Positions 13,143 to 25,328 of a stretch of 64,000 nt of DNA are shown in pieces. This DNA is from Octopus bimaculoides. Lineage: Eukaryota. A model generated the notes under the pieces. That model saw nothing but the letters and a program-made list of their open reading frames with translations. It ran no database searches and was not told the DNA's origin. The DNA lies in NCBI RefSeq assembly GCF_001194135.2, contig NC_068982.1, forward strand, positions 65,186,928 through 65,250,927, in the 5' to 3' direction. Numbering within the stretch: the first letter of the stretch is position 1; each line of letters opens with the position of its first letter. Both the position numbers and the translations under genes were made by a program.

Positions 13143-13505
13143 TACTTCTTAATCCTTTAACTCCCCATGGAGCTTAGGATGCCAACAAGAGACCTCCATC
13201 TGTCTTGATCTTTGGCAGTGGATTGCAGTTGTCCCCAGGTGTAGATGCCTGCCAATGTTTCAGTTTCTGTGAGCCTTCCCCACATTGTTCATCTGTCACA
13301 CTTGAATTTTCCTTGGGGTGTCCATCGAAGAGTTTGCTTTGTAATGTTGGAAATGATTTCTGTAAGGTTTGTCCCAGTCCATTCTTCTAAGAGGAGGAAA
13401 TGCTTCGTTCCACTTCTTCCTCTTGGTGTAAGTTTTGATAGGTTGCTGGTTTGCCTGTTCCCACAAGAATTTGTTTGTGAGTCTGCCTTGCCATTCTTTG
13501 GGTGG
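13143..13505 (-). mobile_element. RTE-clade LINE, 3' end of ORF2 (Schistosoma SR2-like group), decayed
   Basis: Minus-strand translation EWQGRLTNKFLWEQANQQPIKTYTKRKKW, a frameshift, then WTGTNLTEIISNITKQTLRWTPQGKFK...TWGQLQSTAKDQDRWRSLVGILSS*. This matches the RTE C-terminal motifs W.GH.LR, IT.QAL.W.P.GKR and A.DR..WR.LV. Confidence 0.85.
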
Positions 13506-15005
13506 GATAGTACAACAGACTCACAAATTCTATACTGCTATCTTACATTGGACTATGTAAGTTCTAGATATAGAACAACTAAAAAAAAATGATAGTATGA
13601 TATTATGGCTATCATGCCTTTAATTATAGCCTGCTTAGTCATAACTGACTTAAGACTAAACACCAGTAACAGACATACAGGTATAGTGTAGATAGTAGAG
13701 AAAATACAACATTCCTGAAAGCCACATTGCACCCGTATGATAAACACTTTTATGTCACTCAATGCACACAGTATAGTGGATGGCAAATGTATAGTGAAAG
13801 CATAATATTGAAAAATCCCTTTAGTCCTGCTTCACTGAGGTCTTGCCAACCTTTATATTATTGGTTCCATTAGGAAATGCAGTAGACTCTGTAAAATGGT
13901 TGGCGAGAGAAAGGACATCCAACTGTAGAAATTGAGCTAAAATGATATTCATATGTGTCAGTCCATGAGAGTAGTGACACTCAGTAAGAAATTACTTGGA
14001 CCATGAATGTTGATGTGCACAATGTTATCCTTAAGTAGGTGTAGAATTATTTGAAACACTAAGTCTATCATCTCATCAGTAAAGTGCCTCAACATATATA
14101 GGTGCCATAGGTCTGCTTAGACTGTGCTGATTAGTTTGTGCTACACAACAACTAATTATTATTGCTGAATATTTATTCCTATCATTAATTATTTGTGCAA
14201 TCAATATTCAGATTTTAATCTCTTAATTGGAGTTTTGATAGCTTTTCTGATGAAAGTCAGCATGTTCGTTGTCCTTTCAAACAATGGTTAAATAGATGAG
14301 AACTTTTGGAACAAAAGAGTGTGAATAAAATAAATATTAGCATGTTGAATCTTCATTATATTAAAGGAAATCTGGGAACAATTAGATTATTGTTTGAATG
14401 AGTTTATGAACAGAGATGAAAATAATAGTTCTTGTTTTATGGTTTTTACAGTGTATAGTCACCAATTTCTAAAAAGCATTTGATCAAATACACAGACCAG
14501 TGCTTTGAACTATTCTAAATTGTATGTCCCAACAAAGTTTATCTGCAATTTTGTGATGGTGGTCTAATTATAAAAATAATTATTATTAGTATTGCTAAGG
14601 GTTGTGAGCTGTAGTCTCAGTAGAGTAACGGATAAATTGCCCAACAGTTTTTTTTAGTTACATCCCTTTGCATTCTGATTTTCAAATCATATCAGAGCCA
14701 ATTTTGGTCAATAAATTACAGTCAATAAAATGGAAACCAATCAATTACTGAGAATTTGATTTAATCAGCTGCTCCCTCTCCTCAAAATTTGTGACTTTCA
14801 TGCCCACACTTAGTATTCACTATTATATTATTAATTAGAGGTAGAGGTGGGTAGGGTGCTAGAGTGTAAAACAAAATGTCTTTTAGTAATTGTTCCATTG
14901 TGAGTTTAAATCCAACTGTCACTGATGAAGAATCCTGTTGGTTTCTGTTTAGCTTCTGCTTGATCAATCAAGATCTATAATCAAAAGTATTTCAGCTCTG
15001 ACTAG

Positions 15006-15107
<102 letters not shown>

Positions 15108-15563
15108 ATATAGTGTATTTGGAGGTACATTATCCAATGTAGTATTTTTTAAATGTAGTATTGATGTGAGGAAAATTTGGTTACTAGTTCTAAGTATTGT
15201 TTCTAGCCAGTTAAGCAGTCAGGTTGGGATTCCCCCATTAATTTGGAGTTGCTGATAAAAGTTCTTAGTTCACAAAGTACTTATGAAGTAGTTACAATAC
15301 ACACATCTATAGTTAACAAAATGCTGTTTGAAAGAGGTTCTCTCTACATCACTGAGAGAAACAATACTAAATATCAGCTGAGGTTAAAGACCAATCAGTC
15401 TGCCAATTCATGAACTGGTCTGCAATTTCAGGACATTTGCTTTAGCTGTCAACAAAAAGGTTTTAGGTTTGTGCACTCATTAAGGATATGAGTCTTATAT
15501 TTCAGCTTGGTTGGGTAAAGAAATCCATATTAGTTATTTTAGGATGTACTGAAGTTTCTTGAA

Positions 15564-15972
15564 GTAGGAGCCATGGTTTAGTGGTAGGAAGTTTGCTTCC
15601 CAACTACAGGGTTTGGGATTCAGTGAACCAGCATGGTAATTTAGGCATGTATCTTTTACTATAGTCCTGGGCTGATGAAAGCTTTTTGAGTGGATTTGGT
15701 AGATAGAATCTGAAAGAAGCCCCCTCCCACATATATATATATATGTTTGTGTGCTTATGTGTATTACTGCCTAGTTCCTTAACTTTGTGATAGTTGTAAA
15801 TGAGTGTCAGCATCTTGCAAGCAGTGTCCTTTTGTTTTGAATCTTCTGTGAAAACGTGTCTAGTCATGAGGAAATATTACCTTACTTGGTGACAGGAAGG
15901 GCATTCAGCCATACAAAATCCACCTCAACAAATCAAGTATGTTAAAAAACTGAATGTTAAACCAATAATGAA
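15564..15972 (+). mobile_element. CORE-like SINE, D2 type
   Basis: D head gtaggagccatggtttagtggtaggaagtttgc; tail ggtgacaggaagggcattcagccatacaaaatccacctcaac. Confidence 0.72.
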
Positions 15973-16239
15973 GAGAAATATATTACTAAATTGTGTAACC
16001 TACATGCTTTACTTCAGAAGGTTACCAATGTAAAAAGGAGTGAAATTGCCACCAGTAGGAATTGTAACCAGGTTGCAGAGTTCACTGATATTCTTTGGTG
16101 CTTGTCTGTGTTTAATATTTATTAAAACTTCTTTTTCTTCCAGGTGTTTGTTCAGTAGCTTAAAGAACTATAAATTGTGATATTTTATGTCAAGAATTTC
16201 AAGTAATCTATTCTGTACATGTAATTTAATATATTTTTG

Positions 16240-17040
16240 CTGAGGTGTTTGTTAGGAATGCAAAGACTATATGGAGATTTAGTTGGATTAGTGCCTTTCA
16301 GATGTGATATAGGTGTATCAGATAGAAATTGAAGTAAGAAAACAGATTCAGCTGGATAATTTCATAGAAAGGGCATATAGAAAATAATCAGATATTTAAA
16401 GGTTATGCTGAGGCTGTATTTTTATTTTCGTTGATTGGAGAGTTATATAAAGTGGAGATGATAATCCAAACATTTCAGTAGAACTAAAATTGGCAAGTTA
16501 TTAGATCAAAAGGTGATAGCTGATGCAGACAACACTATATATAAATAGCTTAATGCTCAGGTAAAAGAAATTAATAGAAATCTCAGATATTGCATTAGAT
16601 GTTAAAGTAGTTAATTAATCTGATATGATATTTGTTCAAAGTAAATATTTGAAAGTGTGAGATTTTTATATGAACATTTTGTCAATGGTGATAATTTTCT
16701 AAGTTCTCAGTTTGCTTGCCTATCAACAGATCACCGATACACTGGCAACAGCCCATGTTGTGTAGTGCAAGGCCATATTTAATAGTAGTTGTAATCTTAA
16801 CTTAATGTGTTTTATCTACACGTTTCAATCCTAAGATGTAAGGAGAATTGACCTTTTTTGTAAGAGATGCACCGCCAGAAGTGTCTAACAGTTGAACTGC
16901 ATGACCTCATAAGCACCAGTTATTTGGTTTAATGAGATCATTCTTTTAAAGAATCAAGTAGCATACAAGAAGTAGCTCAGGAAGGTGACTCAGAAGATGA
17001 AGGAGGAGAAAATCTGTCACAAGAGATACTTGTTGACTAA
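16240..17040 (+). pseudogene. Decayed coding-like sequence, possibly a transposase relic
   Basis: Repeat-free. Frame 1 has several 29-45-codon open stretches ending in an acidic tail, ESSSIQEVAQEGDSEDEGGENLSQEILVD*. Only weak motif resemblance to hAT transposases. Confidence 0.3.
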
Positions 17041-17615
17041 GAAGGCAAATTTAAACACAGCATAATAGCAGACCCAGTTTACAAAAATTAATTTGGTAAA
17101 AATGTGGCAAAAAGAACATAAATTGAAAAAAAAATACATTTCAGGTAATTCTGTTGATAAAGTCTGTGAAGTTAATTTGTTACATAAACTAATGGACTCA
17201 TATTAATAGTAACATGAAAAATAAAACTGTGTGGCACTCATGCCTTTCTTAAAAACTGTCAACATATAAAGTGACTATTATTATTTCTAGCATGTTGAGA
17301 AATCACATAAAACTTGCAATTTCCGATGTTTTTCTTTCCTACATACCTAAGACTTTATGTCTATGTATCTGCTATATACCTTATATATTCTTTATAGAAC
17401 TTCTTCCTGAACGATAATTATTAGTGACAGAGGCAGTATTAATACCAAAAGGCAATCTTTACCACCAGCTTAATGTGGATGTGTGGCTGTTTTGTTAGGA
17501 TGCCAAATATTGCAGTATTCACCTTGAGAGAACCTCTCATATGGATGCATGGTACATAAAAGCACACACATTTTAATTATATGGGGTAGAACTTCTTCAG
17601 GGTTTTTATGAGCTT

Positions 17616-17701
17616 GTAGGGCTTAGGTTATCATTTTTGAAGGATGCATAGAGAGTTTATAAACTCTATGCATCCTTCAAAAATGATAACCTAAGCCCTA
17701 C
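17616..17701. repeat. 86-bp spacer-less near-perfect palindrome
   Basis: gtagggcttaggttatcatttttgaaggatgcatag[ag]agttta|taaactctatgcatccttcaaaaatgataacctaagccctac; the only deviation is a 2-nt bulge. Confidence 0.95.
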
Positions 17702-17993
17702 CATATATATATATGCATATGTATATACATATATATATATGCATATGTATATACATATATATATGCATATATATATGCATNNNNNNNNNNNNNNNNNNNN
17801 NNNNNNNNNNNNNNNNNNNNNNNNNNNNNNNNNNNNNNNNNNNNNNNNNNNNNNNNNNNNNNNNNNNNNNNNNNNNNNNNCCCTCATTGACCAAATGCCA
17901 CATATCAGAGGAGGTTTCAAATAATGGTGTAGCTTAGTCAACGGTGGTGCTCCGGCATGACCACAGGTTTGCAGCTGAAACATTTAAAAATAG

Positions 17994-18243
17994 TTTATGT
18001 ATGTGTATATGTGTGTGTGTGTATGTTTGTATGTGTGTGTGTATGTATGTATGTGTGTGTGTATGTATGTATATGTGTGTGTATGTATATGTATGTATAT
18101 GTATGTATATGTGTGTGTATGTACATATGTGTGTGTATATGTATGTATGTATTTATATGTATGTATTATTTATGTGTGTGTGTGTATATATGTTTGTATA
18201 TAAGTGTATGTCTGTATGTATGTATATGTATGTATGTGTGTAT
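17994..18243. repeat. Compound (TG)/(TA)/(TATG)n microsatellite (similar tract at 18880-19266)
   Basis: Low-complexity alternating purine-pyrimidine tract. Confidence 0.95.
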
Positions 18244-18615
18244 TTGTGACACTCCATTGGTCACGAAGACAATGGTTCCAGTTGATCCGATACATCGGAA
18301 CAGCCTGCTCATGTAATTAACGTGCAAGTGGCTGAGCACTCCACAGACACAAGTACCCTTAACGTAGTTCTTGGGGAGATTAAGCATGATACAGAGTGTG
18401 ACAAGGCTGGCCCTTTGAAATACAGGTACAGCAGAAACAGGAAGGAAGAGTGAGAGAAAGTTGTGGTGAAAAAGTACAGCAGGGTTCGCCGCCACCCACT
18501 GCCAGAGCCTCGTGGAGCTTTAGATGTTTTTGCTCAAGAAACACTCACAATGCTTCGTCTGGGAATCGAAACTGCGTTCTTATGACCATGAGTTTGCTGC
18601 TCTAATCACTGAGCC
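18244..18615 (-). mobile_element. SINE family A (OR1-like), older diverged copy
   Basis: Colinear with the younger A copies but with many substitutions and loss of CpGs. Confidence 0.85.
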
Positions 18616-18626
18616 TCTACAGAAGG

Positions 18627-18877
18627 AGCACTCCGGTTACAACAACGAGGGTCCCAGCTGATACAATCAACGAAGCAGCTTGCTCATGAAATTAACATGC
18701 AAGTGACTGAGCATTCCACAGGCACATATACCCTTAACATAGTTCTCAGGGAGATTCAGCATGACACAAGAGTTTGACAAGTATCTTGCTCAAGAACAGA
18801 ATGTGTCGCTGAGAATTGAACTCATGGCCTTATGATCATGAGCCGAATGCCCTAACGACTAAGCCACATGCTTTCAC
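18627..18877 (-). mobile_element. SINE family C (A-type 3' half, different head and body), internally deleted
   Basis: Shares the gttgatcg...gaaattaac...cccttaac...gattcagcatgacac module with A; head gtgaaagcatgtggcttagtcgttaggg. Confidence 0.7.
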
Positions 18878-19233
18878 TTTATGTATATGTATGTAAATAT
18901 ATGTATGTATTTATATATGTATGTATTTATGTATGTATGTATTTATATATGTATATGTATGTATGTATGTATGTATGTATATGTATGTATGTATATATGT
19001 GTGTGTATTTATATATGTATGTACATATTTATATTTGTATATATATGTATATATTTATATAAGTATGTATATATAAATGTATATATTTATGTATGTGTAT
19101 ATATATATGTATGTATTTATCTATACATGTATTTATGTGTGTATATATACACATGTATGTATATATGTGTGTATATATATATACGTGTATGTGTATATAT
19201 ATGTGTGTGTATATATACATATGTGTGTGTGTG

Positions 19234-19269
<36 letters not shown>

Positions 19270-20825
19270 AGAAAACACAGATGCGGTAATTTATTGTACA
19301 ATCAGATGATTATTTATGCATACTGAAATGAAGTTATAAATAAAAAGAAAAGACAACATAAATGAAATAAAATCCTGAATAAATGAGCTAATGAAGGTAA
19401 ACCTCCAAATAAATGCTTTCCAATTATTTACTGTTTTATATTTATTGCTGGATTTTCTTAGATTATTTTTGCCAAATGATAATTTGAAACTGTGATGAAA
19501 CTTGGTCACCATTTGCTGTGGGCTGCAAAAATATTCAATTGACTCAAATATTATTTCTAATAATGGAGAAATCTATAATTAAAAATGAGGCAACAATTAT
19601 AGTTTACTTATTAGTGTTTATTGTTGTTATTTAATGTTAAACCAGTTGTCAGTAGTTGTGAAAGTAATGTAGAATTGATAACTTCATTTGTTATTTCATT
19701 CATTTGAATTTGATGAAAAGGAATATCATTGTTTCAGCTTTTATTATTATTATCAATAATATTAATATGCTAACTTTTTGTCTTTGTACATACTTGTTGT
19801 GTGCATCACACTTACTTCAAAGAAGTGGCAAAGTGAGAGAGAAGATGACAGAGAGGAAGTAGGAGAGAGAGAGTGAGAGAGAAAAAGAGAGAGTGAAAGA
19901 GGCAGTGAGTGGTGACAGCGTTCGTTTTGTGTTTTTAAATGTTTATCATATCGCAAGAGAAGTAGATATATAGGTACATATACACATTGTTAAATCAAAA
20001 GTGGGAGAGAAGAGGAACACAAAGGAAGTGAAAGAGGAAGAGAGAAAGTGAGAAAGACAGTAGATACATAAATCCAAAGAAAAGTTCATACATAGATGCA
20101 TACACACAGCAAATATTGGATGTCAATTTCACTTTTCATTACCACACGAGGATAAAATTAACTCACAAATGGCTGAGTACTCCACAGACATGCATAACAT
20201 TAATGTAGTTCTCAGGGAGATTCAGCCTCACACAGAATATGACAAGGCTGGCCCCTTTGAATTATATCTACAACTCGAGACATATATATGAATGTATTTG
20301 TGTGTGTGTATAGTTTAGGTTAGTTAAAACATGCTTGCAATAATAAGTGTCGCGTGGTGGAAATAAACACAATTACCAAACTTTCATTCATAAATTCATT
20401 TATTATTTCGTTCTTTTGCATTTTAATTTGTGCATTAAGTTTCTTTGAATATGTACGGTGTATTTTAAGGTTAAACAGTAATTCTGTTTATGTTTGTGTA
20501 ACTGAGATATTTTGGTTGGATTATACAGTCATTGGTGTTACATTACTTTCTATATTCTGTAACTGTCACAATATACTTTTCTAGGCCTGAATTTTTTGTG
20601 GGGAGGAAACCAGTTGATTAGATTAACCTTAGTACACAACTGATACTTAATTTATCAACCCTGAAAGGACGAAAGGTAAAATTGATCTCGGCAGAATTTG
20701 AACTTAGAATGTAAAGACAGACAGTCATAATATACAAACATTTCTCATGGCACCAGTACACTGTTTACAAATGCTTACATTTTTTATGTTTTCCATGAAT
20801 TTTTCACAGGTCCAGCTAGTTATTA

Positions 20826-21038
20826 TTATTTTAGTGTCCTTTGTCTGAAATCTGTCATCACACATCCTGTGACCCCTTCCGTGAGTCTCCCTCACATGTA
20901 TCTCCACCTGTTCTGTTTATTCCATTCTCTGGAATAAAATGGACTAAACAGAACAGGAGGAGACACATGGGATGGAGAGTTGCTGAAGAGGTCACAGGAC
21001 ATGTGACAAAAGATTTGAGACAAAGGACACTAAAATAA
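20826..21038. repeat. Long imperfect hairpin (101-nt arms, 11-nt loop)
   Basis: Arms 20826-20926 and 20938-21038 align without gaps, with about 16 mismatches by manual count. Confidence 0.9.
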
Positions 21039-22436
21039 GAATAATATCAATGTTGTATGTTTTTAATATATACTCAGGCTCTGTGTTAAAGATGTTCTCC
21101 GCCCAGCTACATGGTTGTTGATTCAGTCCTGCTGTAAAGTATCTTCAGTAAATGTTTTGTACTATGACCTCCAGGCTAATCAAGACCTTGTGACTGGATT
21201 TGGTAGATGGGAACTGAAAGAGGCCCATTATATATAATGTATGATATCAAATAAGATGCACTTTTCTTTTTCAAAAATAATCTTAAAAATCTCTGCAGGT
21301 ACTATATACAAAGTTGGGCTGCCTATAAGCTACATTTTTATACTAAAATATAGTGTATGTGTGTGTGTGTGTGTGTGTGCACGTGCATGCATGCATATGT
21401 GTGTGTGTGTGTGTGTGTGCACACATGCATATATGTCTCCTTGATGACAACTTTTAGATGTCATGTTGTAACTTTACAGTTGTAAAAATTTTATTTAAAC
21501 TTCTGTTTAGCACTAGCTTAATCAAACAGCCTCTAGCACCAACATGAAATGAACTGCATTGCACAAGAACTCAATATACTGTCCAGTCTGGAAATCAAAA
21601 CCATGATCTTGCAGTTATAAACGCAACACCCTAACCACTAGGCTCCATGCCATCACAAATATAGGATAACCCATCTAAAATAACAGGGAAATGAAGACCT
21701 TCTCTAAATCTATGTGTAAAATCAAAATTTAAAATCAAACACATCTCCCCTTCCACAGTTAATTTTTTAATCAAATCTAAAATATTTTAAATCATTAATT
21801 TAGGTTATTTGAAAAAAAAAATTGTGGCTTATAGCATTTTTCCTTAAAGAATGTAACTCTGCTTTCTGAACTGAAGAGACTGGGTTTAAAAGAGATAGCT
21901 TGATTAGAGCTAGGTTGGCTGGTTGTATGAACTGGTTCCATTTAGTTCATGTATCTAACACTTTTTTTTTTTTTTTTACCATTTTAGGTTAAATGAATGT
22001 TTTAAATATTTTTGAAATTTAATTAAGAATCATAGGTAAGTGGTAGAGGGAGGAGATTTGGATTTAGAGTCTGTAACTATGTTCATAGATGTAGCATTGC
22101 TTACTTATCTTTTTACAGTTTTCAGTTTGCACTGTGGCCATGCTGGGGCACCACCTTAAATTTAATTTAATGTCTTTTGTTCCTTTTTTTTTTAAATAAT
22201 GGTGATATGGTCTTATTTTGTTCATTTGTAAATATTTTTCTCTCCTTGAAGTCCAGTAGTTTTATTGGTCAAGGGAGGGAGGTATGAAATAGGCAGGATT
22301 TCTGTTCAATAGGAAAACTAATATGATAATGTAATTAGATACTTCAGCAGAAGCACCAAAATTTTCATCTTCCATGACCTGTTCATTAATTTTCTTAAAA
22401 GGAATGTAATGTACACATGCATGCACATATGGGCCC

Positions 22437-22570
22437 ACATACAATCACACATGCACACTTACATATACAATCAAACATGCACATACAATCAAACATGCAC
22501 ATACAATCACACATGCACATACAATCACACATGCACATACAATCACACATGCACATACAATCACACATGC
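22437..22570. repeat. 18-bp minisatellite (acatacaatcacacatgc)n, about 7 units
   Basis: Direct tandem units; they account for the HIQSHM and CMCD pseudo-ORFs. Confidence 0.92.
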
Positions 22571-23092
22571 AGCTTTCTGGACATTTTAAAAGATTAGTAA
22601 CCAAACTAGAGAAAGAGTTTCAGAGATACTAAGACTGATTGATTACTAGTCTTTGATCACTATTTGCCACTTACTACCATTGCCCAATCTATGTCAGCAT
22701 GGGAGAATGAACTCAATACTGACAATGATGTATTGGTGAGTTATCAAATGTAGTTGTCAAGTGAACAGCTGATGTGTAAGTATATCAATAGTGAACATTT
22801 CTCATTACTTTAACCCTGCAACAATCCTTAGCTATAATGATATAATATTCAATGTAGCAAACGTTCTTTGTATAGGATTTTGTCACAATCATATGTGCCA
22901 CTGGCTAAAGATCTAATTAACATTCTCTCTCTCTCTCTCATGCTTCACTCTTTTTCTCCATCTATTTTATCTTATTTGTATTTCTACTATTTTATCTCTT
23001 TATCTCTCTTCACCTATCTATCTGTATATCTATATTTCCTTATCTTACTTATATCCTATTTATCTTACCTGTATCCTCTCTCTCTCTCTCTT

Positions 23093-23171
<79 letters not shown>

Positions 23172-24021
23172 TATCTAATCTGTCTATCTATCTACCCACC
23201 TATCTATCTATCTATCTATCTATCTACCTATCTATCTATCTTATCTATCTATCTACCTATCTATTCTAGTCTATACCCCATCTATTTACCTACCTATTTT
23301 ATATCTTATTTATCTTTCCTTACACTACTTTAAGTTGATTGCATTCTATTATATTCCACTGATGTGGAAAAGATCTATTATTTGTGTTGAAGTGTAAGTG
23401 ACAGTTTCTTGCTCTGATTTACTTATGACAGCTCATCATATTTTACAGTCAGCCTGTAAATCAGATTGTTTTAGCTACTCATTCACTCCTTTCAAAGCAG
23501 TCTTTATGTGACTACTGTACTTGCTAGAAATAGCAATGAAATCTTCTTCAAACTAAACTGTACCTTAAAAAAGGAAGAAAAAAAAAAGGAAATAGTGGAT
23601 AATGTAATTAGGTGTACACTATGCTTTAAAAAGAATTAAGGTAGGATGGTCATGGCTGGATGTCTTTGTTCAGAAGTCAATTTCAAGAAGTTTGACCTGA
23701 AAACAAAAAAAAAAATTATGTACTTTTTAGGTTGGAAGATTGACACTCTGCCTATTGTGCTCTATTAAAAACAGTAGCCAAATCTCCCTCAAATAACACC
23801 CTACCACCTTAAAAAATATAGATACATTGGATAATCTAATCTCGAGCACATTGTTCCAGAGGAAACAAAAACACAGGACATTCATAACTTGAATAGTTTG
23901 AATCATAGGTGTACTGGATTAGGACTGACCCAGGGCTAAACAATAAAATATTCATTTTTGAAATATTCAAAATAATGTTTTGTTTTTATTCCCCCATGAA
24001 TGTTAACAAGTTTGTTGCTGT

Positions 24022-24412
24022 TCATCATCATCATCATCATCATCGTCGTCGTTTAATGCCTGCTTTCCATGCTAGCATGGGTTGGACGATTTGACTGAGG
24101 ACTGGTGAAACTAGATAGCTACACCAGGCTCCAATCTGATTTGGCAGAGTTTCGACAGCTGGATGCCCTTCTTAATGCGAACCACTCTGAGAGTGTAATG
24201 AATGGGTGCTTTTACGTGCCACCGGCATGAAGGCCAGTCAGGCGGTACTGACAACGGCCACGCTCAAAATGGTGTATTTTACGTGCCACCTGCACAGGAG
24301 CCAGTTCGGCAGCACTGGCAACGATCTCGATCGAATGTCTTTACACGTTGCCATCTGGCGCAAGTGCCAGGAAGGCAATGCTGGGCACAGGTGCCATTGA
24401 CGGTTTCGCTTA
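24022..24412 (-). mobile_element. SINE family E, long copy with tandem 62-67-bp 5' units
   Basis: (GAT)n tail, RTE-like 3' module, and repeated ttttacgtgccacc units at 24210 and 24277 with a degenerate third at about 24339. Confidence 0.88.
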
Positions 24413-24708
24413 AGATTTTTTTTCACCATAAGTCACTCCTTATAAAGACAATCCAACCTAATTGTCACACATTTTTGGTACATTTACTGTATTTGATGGC
24501 TTATAAGATATTTCTTTTCCAAAGAAATGTTTCAAGAAATCACTCTGGGTCCTGTTTTCAAAGCTGGGCCTCCCATAAGCATTAATGTGCTAAAAACTTT
24601 TTTTCCTGAATATATTCAGCTGAAATAGAGGTTCATCGAATATATGCCCATGCATGTTTTATGTCATCAAATACAGTATATTGTCCACTGTGACTTTTTC
24701 TTTTTTAA

Positions 24709-25328
24709 CTCTTTAGTATTTAGATTTCTCTGTCAAATGTAACACTTATCTATTCACATTATTTTAAATTTTTTGTTGTTGGCACTCCATCGCTTACGAT
24801 GTTGAGGGTTCCAGTTGATCCGATCAACGGAACAGCCTGCTCGTGGAATTAACGTGCAAGTGGCTGAGCACTCCACAGACACGTGTACCCTTAACGTAGT
24901 TCTCGGGGATATTCAGTGTGACACAGTGTGACAAGGCTGACCCTTTGAATTACAGGCACAACAGAAACAGGAAGAAAGAGTGAGAGAAAGTTGTGGTGAA
25001 AGAGTACAGCAGGGTTCACCACCATCCCCTGCTGGAGCCTTGTGGAGCTTTAGGTGTTTTCGCTCAATAAACATTTACAAAGCCCGGTCTGGGAATCGAA
25101 ACCGCGATCCTATGACCGCGAGTCAGCTGCCCTAACCACCGGGCTATTGCGCCTCCACTATTTTTAATTAATCATGCATTATTTTGTAACTTTCAGACTT
25201 CAAGGATGTAATTATTTATTTTTAGAATGACATTGTAAGTTTGGGTGCGTGAGCTCATATCTGGTCGGTTTGAATATAAGACAGGTAGAAAACTTGGGCC
25301 TGATATGGCCAGTTTAAATGCTAAAGGG
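24709..25328. mobile_element. piggyBac-like MITE interrupted by a family-A SINE
   Basis: TTAA at 24705-24708 and 25329-25332; TIRs ctctttagtatt / aatgctaaaggg (2 mismatches). TTAA target and CCY...RGG ends are piggyBac hallmarks. Confidence 0.8.
24773..25158 (-). mobile_element. SINE family A (OR1-like), full length
   Basis: tRNA-like head, (CAA)n tail, imperfect TSD tattttaaatt/tatttttaatt. Confidence 0.92.

Noticed and set aside
14247-14285. CTGATGA hammerhead box candidates (also 14922, and a degenerate one near 37770-37800)
   Set aside because: No GAAA correctly placed after a stem II, and no stem I/III closure.
17944-19326. Cys/Val/Tyr/Met-rich ORFs
   Set aside because: Translations of (TG)/(TA)/(TATG)n microsatellites.
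22437-22570. Regular short repeats that could be mistaken for a CRISPR array
   Set aside because: The units are contiguous with no unique spacers, the context is eukaryotic, and there are no cas genes.
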